In this document: positions 49,719-60,675 of the stretch, in pieces
How the letters are laid out: the number at the start of each line of letters is the position of its first letter
How positions within the stretch are numbered: position 1 is the stretch's first letter
The notes under the pieces: model-generated
Told to the model about the DNA's origin: nothing
The model's database searches: none
What the model saw: only the letters and a program-made list of their open reading frames with translations
Translations under genes and position numbers: made by a program
Assembly (NCBI GenBank): GCA_004431415.1
Contig: QPMI01000423.1
Coordinates: 288,164 to 352,163, forward strand
Source: Cyanophora paradoxa CCMP329
Taxonomy: Eukaryota > Plantae > Glaucophyta
DNA length: 64,000 nucleotides
Direction: 5' to 3'

Positions 49719-50076
49719 TATCCACTTTTGATCCACAAATCGAGGTTCCTCTCGAGGTTTTGGGTATTAGGTATGCTATGGATCGCTGTTAAAGATTCCG
49801 TGATGTCATTATGATGTCATTATGACAATGACCTATTGTTAAAAGATTCGGAGATGTCACTATGACGATCAATAGGTGTTAATAGATTCTGTCAGCTGAC
49901 TGTGGTAGGGTACGGTGATATTGTGAAGTTCTGCAGCCTCTTACTGGGCTTGGTGGTGAACAGGCGGCATCGCTGGCCGGCGGTCGCGATCGTTCGCGAT
50001 CGCGCATCGGGTTCATTAGAAATACGTATCCCACATTGCCGTCCGCCACATACCCCTCTGCGCTTGTCATCTTGCA

Positions 50077-52022
50077 GCTGAGGTGCTCTGCCGCTTCAAC
50101 TGTTGCGCGCGTGTCGCCGACGCTTGCCATCGCTTTCCCGGTATCGATGGCATCGTCGGAACGGCCGGCAAGTCGGGAAGTGCCGGCAGTTCCCGTGCTG
50201 TGTGGGTGCCGGCCCGGGGCTGGCGTTCAATGCGCCCCTTGCGTGGGCCGCATCCTGCAGCAGACGTTCCCGAAGGCGCCGCTACACCCGTCGATGACCT
50301 CGTTGCCGGGCTGTATCGGAGCGCGGTTCGTCCTGTCAGTGTTTTGCGCCGTCGTACGCGCGCGTTTCCTCCGTAATCGTATACGTATTTCGTGCCGCAG
50401 TTAGTGCTCGCACGCGATGATCAGAGCCGCGTCGTTGAGTGGCCAGTGGCCGACTCTGCGCTCCTCTTACTGTGCCACGCCGTCACTTGTATCTCTGCCC
50501 TTTCAGCGGAGGATCGGGCGAAAGTCATCGCTTTGGCTGCCGCGGACCAGGTGCATTCCGCCCGTTCGTCTCTCTTTGGAGATGGCACGGCCTGATCGAG
50601 AGCGTGGTTACTGATTTGCAGCGGATTTCTAGGATGCTCACCGCCGCTAACATCGATCTCGCGAATATCGATGTCGACGAAATGGGGCAGAGATATGAGG
50701 TGTGCATGTACGATTGCCTTTTCATAGATCTGCGGCCAGCCATATCATGATACCTGCCTCTCTGATGTCACAGAGCGAGTTGACGGAGTTTGCAAGTGCT
50801 GATTCCGCCGCCCGGATGGCCCTTGATCCTGGTCAAATCTATGAACATTGCCAGTTTCTGGCTGAGGTCCAGCTAACGCGGTACAACTTCAAGAGCGCGG
50901 GGAATGTCGCACTGGTGGGTTTTTTGTGCCTGTTATTTGCGCATTCGTCCCCCTCGTTCTCTGTTGATCGCCTGAACCTTGCAGGTTGGCATGTCCTTTC
51001 AGCAGACGATCCTCAAGCTGAATTCAAGCATTCCGTCGTACCCCGTTCTTCATTATACCCTGGCGCTGTCCCGGCTGGAGCAGGGGGATATCTCCGGTGC
51101 TACGTATTGGGCTGAGGCGCGGGGAAGCTGCTTGCTCTGTCTTTCGCGTGGCGCGTTACTAGTTGCTGACTTAGAGCGTGCAGGCCGCATTCAAGCTTAT
51201 CAGGGACACCGACGCGACCGAAAGCAAGCGCTGCTGTGTATGGGATCACTTGTTCATTAAGGTAGAGTGCCTGATCCGGCGACTGGCACTTTTGTCTGAT
51301 GAGGTTCTCCGCTATTGCGAGGTTAGTAACCTCTCTATTCGCTATCTAGAATATGCATTCCCTCCCTAGGATATGCATTGTTGATTAACCGGCAGCTGCT
51401 GTGGTGGATCTCTGAGCGGTGTTGCGGGTCCTGCCTACTGTCGCAATACCGTCTCGAGCGAGCTGCTTCCACTCTTGGCACTATGTTCATGTGGGTGGAC
51501 CGGTCGAGCGACGCAAGCAACGTCTACCAAGTTAGTGTGGCTCACGTGCATTGCTTTCGCTTCTTCTTTGACACGGGGCTGATTTGCAGAAATTCGTGAT
51601 GCTCACCGAGGAGAAAATCGGCAAGCATACTGTGCACTATGTAAGGGCACTCATGCATGGTGCTGCTTTCAACGAGAAGGTTCTCAAGCGCATCGACAGA
51701 GCCCAGTCGCTTACCAAGGTGCATAATTGCCTTGGCTGATGTAGTCGGGGCGTGCAATGTGGCTGTAATTGAACTCGTGCAGATAGCGATACTGATCGCA
51801 GCCGACGTCGACCGGAACCTGTTAACCTTCCGCGAGAACGGACGGGTGTGTCACGGCGCTCTCGCGATAATAACGTGCCTCGTTCGCTGATGTTGCCTTG
51901 CCATGGATATTCTCACTGTGTCTATCTGGTAGATTGCGCGACTCTACGTGAACCTTTCGGATTACAATCTTCTACCGGTCGAACAAGTTCGTCGCCGTCA
52001 GGGGCAGTGCCCCCCTGTATAG
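50077..52022 (+). CDS. Hypothetical spliced protein with degenerate TPR-like helices; termini uncertain
   Basis: About 10 short exons join in frame, e.g. ...AAADQ|RISRML...QRYE|SELTEF...NVAL|VGMSF...YWAE|AAFKL...YCE|LLWW...NVYQ|KFVMLTEEKIGKHTVHYVRALMHGA. The last segment resembles kinesin-light-chain-type TPRs. GC is visibly lower than in the host genes at 5-28 kb. Confidence 0.55.
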
Positions 52023-52556
52023 GTCATACATAGGGTTCAGGAGTGCATCGACTGTCCTCTTTCTTCCCCCACTTCCCTGAACTGGGCTTGTTTTTATATG
52101 CTGTCCATTGAATGGACGTGATTGAGCGTCTGTATGTGCTCGTGTACAGCAGTTCGCTGAATTTAGGGACTTTTGCATCCAGTGACGTTAGCTGGTTGCC
52201 TCTGGTTCGCCCTCCGGGTCCCTGCCTCGTTGTTCGAGTGCCTACTGTGCTTTCCGCGTCCCGCCTCGCGTTCGATGGGTGGTGCCGCTATCCTGCTTCC
52301 ATCCGGGCAATGAACGGTCGTTTGTCTCGTGCGGCATCTACGGCATGCAGACACGCTGAATGCTGCAATGAGCTCACGCGTATACGTATGTATACGCGAA
52401 TGCGGGGAACCGACTTGATTATCTGTGTACCCGGCACTTCGTTCACCGGCCCTCCTTGTCACTGTTCGGCGCTCGTTGTCCGTTTTTGAGCCGCTGCTGG
52501 TTGATGCGATCGGGCGGGCGCTTCTTCACCATCTGCCGTATTGTCCCTGCCGTGTG

Positions 52557-53650
52557 ATGCCTCCCAAGAGAAGGTGTGTAACCGTAGCGGTTTCAAGCAC
52601 TTTCGTCAAAGTGATCTGATCGCCGAGCCGTAGCTCATCTGTTTTGAACTCGGCCGGACGCGAGGCTGCCGTCTCTGTTCCGGCTGAGGGCTACGGGGCA
52701 ACTGACGAGCATGTTGACGTGTGTCCCTTTTTGCGTCTGCCGCTGGGTGTCTTTATTCTTGACGCACGTTTGCCTAGGGGATGGAGAATGCGCGTGGAAC
52801 TCCAATTGGGAAGCGCGGCAAGGGGAATCAAGCGCGGCAGAGGACGATCAGCCGGCCGCATTCAGAACAGACAGTCCCATCCTCCAAGGATTGGCTAACG
52901 GTGAAAGCGTAATGATTGCGTTGGTTATGGTTTTTCTAGCTTCGTGTGCTGACATGAGACGCGCAGGACGTTCACGTTGCCTGCACGACATCTGGGGCTC
53001 TCAAGTCCAAGAAGTACAATCACTTGCTTCAGCGCGTGATGCTCGCGTACCCGATGCACGAGCAGCTGCTCCTGCAGTCTCTACGCAGCCTGAGTACTCC
53101 AGATAGAGCGGCGAACCTTATGTTGAATGGTGGTAGTGCTGTGTGCTTTTCGTGTCCTGTTACTACAGGGGACAACGTTGATCCCCGCGGATTTGGAGAG
53201 CATTTTTGCCTGATGTCCGTAATGAAGGAGTTGAAGCAAATTCGCTGGTTCGATTCGAAAGGAGACGGCATGCCGGAAGAGCTAGAGGTAGAGCTACATC
53301 GTCTTTTCCCAGATTATATCTGCACTCTTGCAGTTCCACCTGGCTTCAAGCTGCAGACTGGAGTGATTAATTGCGGCGATTGGGTTTGTGTCTGCTTCGA
53401 AGCTACTTTGGAGGAGCTTGATATTGGCATGAGCTCGCCTGTCTGGCCTGCTGCAGTCGATTGGATTGCCCTCGATATTGCGAACTTCAGCGTTGAGGAG
53501 ATGACGAAGGTCATGACGATATCAAGATCGAACCACACCTTTATTTCGCGCAAACGCAAGACTTCCATCGCTCTGATGGAGGAGCAAGTTATGAAGTCCA
53601 CGGACCAAGTTCCTGCGTTGGACTTTTCTGCATGTTCGTCCTGCCTATAG
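52557..53650 (+). CDS. Ulp1/SENP-like (peptidase C48, clan CE) cysteine protease; 4 exons (52557-52573, 52634-52718, 52778-52900, 52967-53650), about 302 aa
   Basis: The exons splice in frame at GT-AG sites. Splicing creates the C48 motif KDWLT|DVHV (compare WLND). Catalytic set in order: GEHFCL (His), RWFDSKG (Asp), KLQTGVINCGDWVC (oxyanion Gln, Cys). N-terminus MPPKR and GKRGK are NLS-like. Confidence 0.8.
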
Positions 53651-53975
53651 CGGTATATGTCTACTTTCCTGTTATCCCTTGGATGATGTTTTCATTGCGG
53701 CAGGTGTGATGCCCTCCACTATTTTTTCGTCGGACTAAACTTCTGGAAGCTTAAGGTCTGTGGCTGCATGACTGCCAGCGCCGCGGCGCTGCTCTCACTT
53801 CTGAGAAGCCAGCTAGTATTACACTTGTATTCGTACAATTTAGTTTGTCGGCCGCGGGCGGGGCGTGGCGGGGCGGGGCGGGCGGGGCGGGTCAGGGCGG
53901 CCACGGGGCAGGGCGGACGCTGGGTGGGCGGGGCGGCCGCTGGGCGGCCTGTGGGGGTGGCCGGTGCGGATAGTC

Positions 53976-55183
53976 CCGGCCGTCCCGGTCCAGCCGCGAA
54001 AGCGCCTCGAGTTGGGTTGCCTGCGCTCACCTAGTCGCGCGGGGCGCGGCGTCGAAGGGCGGGGAGGTGCGCACGAAGCGAGAGATGAGCCGCCGCTATG
54101 CCCCGGCCGCCGCCGGCGCGAGGACGCTGCGAGTTCACCTCCCTGTGCCCGCCCCGTCGCGCGAGGCGTGGACGCGGAGAGCACAGTATGCACCCGCTGC
54201 GTCCGGGCCGCGCCCGCCGCGAAGGCGCCGCGACTCGGTGAGGCGAGCTACCTGCGCCCGTCCGGTCGCACAGGGCGCGGCGTGGAAGGGCGGGGAGGGC
54301 CGCACCAAGCGAGACATGGGCCGCCGCTGCACCCCGGCCGCCACGGCCCTGACGCGAATTGAAGGCGCCGCGAGTTGGGTCGCCTGCGTTCACCTCGTCG
54401 CGCGGGGCGCGGCGCTGAAGGTCGGGGAGGCGCGCACTAAGCAAGAGATGGGCCGCCGCTGCGTTCCGGCCGCCCCCGCCGCGCGGGCGTCGTGAGTCGA
54501 GATCCCTGCGCCCGTTCCGTCGCGCGAGGCGCGGCGCCGAAGTGCTTGGAGGCCCGCACCAAGTAAGAGATGGTCCGCCGCTAGCACTGCGCCCTGCGAG
54601 GCGGGTCGACTGCGCTCGGCTTGTCGCGCGGGGCGCGGCGGTGAATGGCGGGGAGGCGCGCACGAAGCTATAGATGGGCCGCCGCTGCGTCCCGGTCGCC
54701 CCCGCCGCGAAGGCACCGCGAGTAGAGCTACCTGCGCCCGCTCCGTCGCGCAGGGCGCGGCTGGGAAGGGCGGGGAGGTTCGCACCAAGCGAGACATGGC
54801 CCGCCGCTGCACCCCGGGCGCCCCGGCCCTGGCGCGAAGGCGCTGCGGGTCGGGTCGCCTGCCCTCACCTCGTCGCGCGGGGCGCGGCGCTTAAGGGCGG
54901 GGAGGCGCGCACCAAGCGAGAGATGGTCCGCCGCTGCGTTCCGGCCGCCCATGCCGCGCGGGCGTCTTGAGTCGAGATCCATGCGCCCGCTCCGTCGCGC
55001 GAGGCGCGGCGCCGCAGTGCGGGGAGGCCCGCACCAAGTAAGAGATGGGCTGCCGCTGCGCCCTGCGAGTGGGGTTGCCTGCGCTCTGCTTGTCGCGCGG
55101 GGCGCGGTGGCGAAGGTTGGGGAGGCGCGCACCATGCGAGAGATGACCCGCCGCTGCGCTCCAGGCGGCTTACTATATTCTAG
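53976..55183 (+). repeat. Array A: about 10 diverged 100-130-bp GC-rich units ending in a Helitron-type 3' end
   Basis: The core cgcac(c/g)aagc(g/a)aga(g/c)atgg(g/t)ccgccgctgc recurs about every 120 bp. The array ends GCCGC..GCGGC-TTACTATATT-CTAG|T. Confidence 0.88.
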
Positions 55184-55306
55184 TCCATGTCCTAGCTAAC
55201 GAACTTCGTACCGTGGACTGAAAGCAAGATGGCGAATAAGACCCACTCCCTGGATTCGAACCAGGGTCTATGCGATGTGAGCAGCCGTTCCGGACGGCTG
55301 GTCTAG
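55184..55306. other. 123-bp module TC...CTAG containing an antisense tRNA-3'-half-like sequence and a perfect hairpin; 5 copies (55184, 56952, 57434, 61871, 63611)
   Basis: Minus strand reads CGCAT-AGAC-CCTGG-TTCGAAT-CCAGG-GAGTGGG (variable loop, T arm with B box, 3' acceptor strand). No D arm or 5' acceptor strand is present. The hairpin CAGCCGT...ACGGCTG lies 2 nt before CTAG. Confidence 0.7.
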
Positions 55307-55623
55307 ATCTTCGGGTACCGAATATCCAAGCTTCCGCCCGAACCATTTGGCCGTTGTCGCCGGTCATTTTCTCTTCGGGCGGCCTACGTAGTCCATGTCC
55401 TAGGTAATGAACTGGTAGTTATTTATCCTCTGCTAAACAATCAACGTGTGCGCCCGCAAGGAATCTATGTATCTATCTAGACCGCCGCCAGGGCTGTGGC
55501 CCCGCTGCCGTGCTTGCAGCTGCGAACTTCAGGGCTTGGCCTCTGCTTGCAGCTGCGGACTTGGCCTCTGTGACCGCCGCCGACGCACTCTAGCTTGGGA
55601 TTTTTGTTCTCAATTGCTATCCT

Positions 55624-56951
55624 CCGGCCGTCCCGGTCCAGTCGCGAAGGCGCCTCGAGTTGGGTTGCCTGCGCTCACCTAGTCGCACGGGGCGCTGCGT
55701 CGAAGGGCGGGTAGGTGCGCACGAAGCGAGAGATGATCCGCCGCTATGTCCCGGCCGCCGCCGCCGCGAGGACGCTGCGAGTTCACCTCCCTGCGCCCGC
55801 CCCGTCGCGCGAGGCACGGACGCGGAGAGCACAGTAGGCACCCGCTGCGTCCCGGCCGCGCCCGCCGCGAAGGCGCCGCGAGGCGAGCGACCTGCGCCCG
55901 TCCGGTCGCACGGGGCGCGGAGGGAAGGGCGGGGAGGAACGCACCAAGCGAGACATGGGCCGCCGCTGCACCCCGGCCGCCACGGCCCTGACGCGAAGGC
56001 GCCGCGAGTTGGGTCGCCTGCGTTCACCTTGTCGCGCGGGGCGCGGCGCTGAAGGTCGGGGAGGCGCGCACCAAGCAAGAGATGGGCCGCCGCTGCGTTC
56101 CGGCCGCCTCCGCCGCGCGGGCGTCGTGAGTCGAGACCCCTGCGTCCGCCCCGTCGCGCGAGGCGCGGTGTCGAAGTGCGGGGAGGCGGGCACCAAGCGA
56201 GAGATGTGCCGCCGCTGCGTTCCGGCCGCCGCCGCCGCGCGGGCGTCGTGAGTCGAGATCCCTGCGCCCGCCCCGTCGCGAGGCGCGGCGCTGAAGGTCG
56301 GGGAGGCGCGCACCAAGCAAGAGATGGGCCGCCGCTGCGTTCCGGCCGCCCCCGCCGCGCGGGCGTCGTGAGTCGAGACCCCTGCACCCGCCCCGTCGCG
56401 CGAGGCGCGGCGCCGAAGTGCTTGGAGGCCCGCACCAAGTAAGAGATGGTCCGCCGCTAGCACTGCGCCCTGCGAGGCGGGTCGACTGCGCTCGGCTTGT
56501 CGCGCGGGCGCGGCGGTGAATGGCGGGGAGGCGCGCACGAAGCTATAGATGGGCCGCCGCTGCGTCCCGGTCGCCCCCGCCGTTAAGGCGCCGCGAGTAG
56601 AGCTACCTGCGCCCGCCCCGTCGCGCAGGGCGCGGCGGGGAAGGGCGGGGAGGTTCGCACCAAGCGAGACATGGCCCGCCGCTGCACCCCGGGCGCCCCG
56701 GCCCTGGCGCGAAGGCGCTGCGAGTCGGGCCCTCACCTGTCGTGCGGGCGCGGCGCTGAAGGGCGGGGAGGCGCGCACCAAGCGAGAGATGGGTCGCCGC
56801 TGCGTTCCGGCCGCCTCCGCCGCGCGGGCGTCGCGAGTCGAGATCCTTGTGCCCGCCCCGTCGCGCGAGGCGCGGTGGCGAAGGGTGGGGAGGCGCGCAC
56901 CAAGCGAGAGATGACCCGCCGCTGCGCCCCGGGCGGCTTACTATATTCTAG
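55624..56951 (+). repeat. Array B: about 11 diverged ~120-bp units with the same start and same Helitron-type end as array A
   Basis: Begins ccggccgtcccggtccag like array A and ends ggcggcttactatattCTAG|T. Confidence 0.88.
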
Positions 56952-57826
56952 TCCATGTCCTAGCTAACGAACTTTGTACCGTGGACTGAAAGCAAGATGG
57001 CGAATAAGACTCACTCTGTGGATTCGAACCAGGGTCTATGCGATGTGAGCAGCCGTCCGGGACGGCTGGTCTAGATCTACGGGTACTGCATATTGACGGG
57101 CCCGGCCTGCCGGTCAGCTGGTCGTTGATATTGACGCGGCCGCGCAGTTGCTCGGCCACAGGTACGGTCCGCGCTTTTATGTCATCGTGAGAGCCTCATG
57201 GCTGAGCTTCCGAAGGAATGTGTCGGGTGGGATGGTGCTAGGGATCCATGCCGGTGCGACAAGAATGAGCGATGAGCTCATTGTTCATCTGGACCGCGGT
57301 TTACCGTGCGTTCCTTCCTCCGCGCATGGCCATGGGTTGTGCTTGCGCGAGGCGCGGTGGCGAAGGGTGGGGAGGCGCGCACCAAGCGAGAGATGACCCG
57401 CCGCTGCGCCCCGGGCGGCTTACTATATTCTAGTCCATGTCCTAGCTAACGAACTTTGTACCGTGGACTGAAAGCAAGATGGCGAATAAGACTCACTCTG
57501 TGGATTCGAACCAGGGTCTATGCGATGTGAGCAGCCGTCCGGGACGGCTGGTCTAGATCTACGGGTACTGCATATTGACGGGCCCGGCCTGCCGGTCAGC
57601 TGGTCGTTGATATTGACGCGGCCGCGCAGTTGCTCGGCCACAGGTACGGTCCGCGCTTTTATGTCATCGTGAGAGCCTCATGGCTGAGCTTCCGAAGGAA
57701 TGTGTCGGGTGGGATGGTGCTAGGGATCCATGCCGGTGCGACAAGAATGAGCGATGAGCTCATTGTTCATCTGGACCGCGGTTTACCGTGCGTTCCTTCC
57801 TCCGCGCATGGCCATGGGTTGTGCTT
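56863..57826 (+). repeat. 482-bp tandem duplication
   Basis: ORFs 56941..57159 and 57423..57641 are identical at offset 482. Confidence 0.92.
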
Positions 57827-58908
57827 GTCTTTCTAACATGGAGTGCTTTCTTCTTCCGCGCGAAGCTATTGTGAGCGGACTACGATGGCATGGCGATTAC
57901 AGGTTGACCGCGTCGACGTCCCGTCGTGGGTGTCGCCCTCACGGGCAACGACAGATGGATGACCACGCGGGGTCGTCGCATCCTAGTTATAGTCTACGGC
58001 GAACACGGCTCAAGAATGAGTGCCACCGTGCGCCCCGTTTTCTGCGCATGTGCAGTGTTGATTCCGCTAACATCGGTCGCCCAAGGTTTAGGCTGCTGCC
58101 CTCGCATGTTCCTGATCGCAGGTTCCAGTGGCCTTCAAGCGTCTTGTCTTTAAGCGTCTACCGTCGCTGCTGCCGCCTTCAAGCGATCGCCGCTGTCTTC
58201 AAGCGTCGCCACCTTCCCCGCCTCCTTCGAGCGTCTCGCGTTGTGCTGCCCTTCCCCGCGCCTCCGCCCTTCCGCGTGGGGCCCGCGGCGGTGGCATGAG
58301 GGTGTGCCGACGGCCGCCTGCTCATGTTGGTCGAAGTGAGTCGAATGTTGTGTGATGTGCATGTTGTATTCTGTCACAGTGTTGCTATTTTGTGGCATGT
58401 CTTATCTGTGTGGATGCCCGCGCGCGCCCTGCATTGCCCACATGGGAGCTGGAAAATCACGGTGGCCGTGTGATTGGGGGCAGCATGTGCGAGGCGCCGG
58501 AAGGCGGGTGGGGCGGGGCGCCGGCGGGGTTCCGCGAGCATGGGCATTGAGGGCGGCCGGGCGAGCTGATGACGTGCCTCTCAATGCGGAGGACGCTGTC
58601 CTCTGTCCCCGGGGACCGCAGCTACAGCGGGTCTGCCGGGGCGGGGAGCCGGAATGCGTGGAAGGGCGCAGGGGGGCCGTAGGGGTGGCGTTGGCGAGCC
58701 GATGACGTCTCCTTCGTCGTGTAGCACGCCGTCCTCGCCCTCCCTTGGACTGCCTCTGCGGGGAGCATGTTTGAGCGGGCGGGGCGATGGGGGGCCGTAA
58801 TTGCTTGGCGCTGAAGGGTGGCGACGTCGGGGTACTGCGCGTCTCCCTGCGCAGCATGGCGGCGGGGCGGGCGGGGCGGGGCGGGGCGGGGTGGGGCGGG
58901 GCGGGGCG

Positions 58909-59045
58909 GCGCAGGACGTTCACGTTGCCTGCACGACATCTGGGGCTCTCAAGTCCAAGAAGTACAATCACTTGCTTCAGCGCGTGATGCTCGCGTACCC
59001 GATGCACGAGCAGCTGCTCCTGCAGTCTCTACGCAGCCTGAGTAC
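58909..59045 (+). pseudogene. Truncated third copy of the protease exon-4 5' end
   Basis: Identical to 52961-53097, preceded by an unrelated G-rich tract and fused to the start of the large duplicate. Confidence 0.8.
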
Positions 59046-59260
59046 GGCATGCAGACACGCTGAATGCTGCAATGAGCTCACGCGTATACGTATGTATACG
59101 CGAATGCGGGGAACCGACTTGATTATCTGTGTACCCGGCACTTCGTTCACCGGCCCTCCTTGTCACTGTTCGGCGCTCGTTGTCCGTTTTTGAGCCGCTG
59201 CTGGTTGATGCGATCGGGCGGGCGCTTCTTCACCATCTGCCGTATTGTCCCTGCCGTGTG

Positions 59261-60352
59261 ATGCCTCCCAAGAGAAGGTGTGTAACCGTAGCGGTTTCAA
59301 GCACTTTCGTCAAAGTGATCTGATCGCCGAGCCGTAGCTCATCTGTTTTGAACTCGGCCGGACGCGAGGCTGCCGTCTCTGTTCCGGCTGAGGGCTACGG
59401 GGCAACTGACGAGCATGTTGACGTGTGTCCCTTTTTGCGTCTGCCGCTGGGTGTCTTTATTCTTGACGCACGTTTGCCTAGGGGATGGAGAATGCGCGTG
59501 GAACTCCAATTGGGAAGCGCGGCAAGGGGAATCAAGCGCGGCAGAGGACGATCAGCCGGCCGCATTCAGAACAGACAGTCCCATCCTCCAAGGATTGGCT
59601 AACGGTGAAAGCGTAATGATTGCGTTGGTTATGGTTTTTCTAGCTTCGTGTGCTGACATGAGACGCGCAGGACGTTCACGTTGCCTGCACGACATCTGGG
59701 CTCTCAAGTCCAAGAAGTACAATCACTTGCTTCAGCGCGTGATGCTCGCGTACCCGATGCACGAGCAGCTGCTCCTGCAGTCTCTACGCAGCCTGAGTAC
59801 TCCAGATAGAGCGGCGAACCTTATGTTGAATGGTGGTAGTGCTGTGTGCTTTTCGTGTCCTGTTACTACAGGGGACAACGTTGATCCCGCGGATTTGGAG
59901 AGCATTTTTGCCTGATGTCCGTAATGAAGGAGTTGAAGCAAATTCGCTGGTTCGATTCGAAAGGAGACGGCATGCCGGAAGAGCTAGAGGTAGAGCTACA
60001 TCGTCTTTTCCCAGATTATATCTGCACTCTTGCAGTTCCACCTGGCTTCAAGCTGCAGACTGGAGTGATTAATTGCGGCGATTGGGTTTGTGTCTGCTTC
60101 GAAGCTACTTTGGAGGAGCTTGATATTGGCATGAGCTCGCCTGTCTGGCCTGCTGCAGTCGATTGGATTGCCCTCGATATTGCGAACTTCAGCGTTGAGG
60201 AGATGACGAAGGTCATGACGATATCAAGATCGAACCACACCTTTATTTCGCGCAAACGCAAGACTTCCATCGCTCTGATGGAGGAGCAAGTTATGAAGTC
60301 CACGGACCAAGTTCCTGCGTTGGACTTTTCTGCATGTTCGTCCTGCCTATAG
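59261..60352 (+). pseudogene. Second copy of the Ulp1/SENP-like gene with two 1-bp deletions (possibly sequencing errors)
   Basis: Matches 52557-53650 but lacks one G near 59700 and one C near 59888, both in homopolymer runs. Confidence 0.75.
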
Positions 60353-60675
60353 CGGTATATGTCTACTTTCCTGTTATCCCTTGGATGATGTTTTCATTGC
60401 GGCAGGTGTGATGCCCTCCACTATTTTTTCGTCGGACTAAACTTCTGGAAGCTTAAGGTCTGTGGCTGCATGACTGCCAGCGCCGCGGCGCTGCTCTCAC
60501 TTCTGAGAAGCCAGCTAGTATTACACTTGTATTCGTACAATTTAGTTTGTCGGCCGCGGGGCGGGGCGTGGCGGGCGGGCGGGGCGGGGCGGGTCAGGGC
60601 GGCCACGGGGCAGGGCGGACGCTGGGTGGGCGGGGCGGCCGCTGGCGGGCCTGTGGGGTGGCCGGTGCGGATAGT

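Noticed and set aside
52557-53650. Polinton/virophage (adenain-type) maturation protease
   Set aside because: No capsid, pPolB, packaging ATPase or integrase is nearby. The gene is intron-containing and has the upstream WLxD motif typical of Ulp1/SENP. Not formally excluded without a profile search.
55241-55283. Complete tRNA gene
   Set aside because: Only the T arm, variable loop and 3' acceptor strand are present. There is no D arm, A box or pairing 5' strand.
53976-56951. Possible CRISPR-like repeat-spacer array
   Set aside because: Units are homologous along their whole length with no unique spacers, no cas genes are present, and the context is eukaryotic.
53840-57000. Long Arg/Ala/Pro-rich ORFs across the repeat arrays
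   Set aside because: These are stop-poor frames of GC-rich tandem repeats, and they are not preserved between array copies.
57830-58900. Possible additional gene between the 482-bp duplicate and the chimeric exon
   Set aside because: No recognisable motifs and no convincing exon chain.
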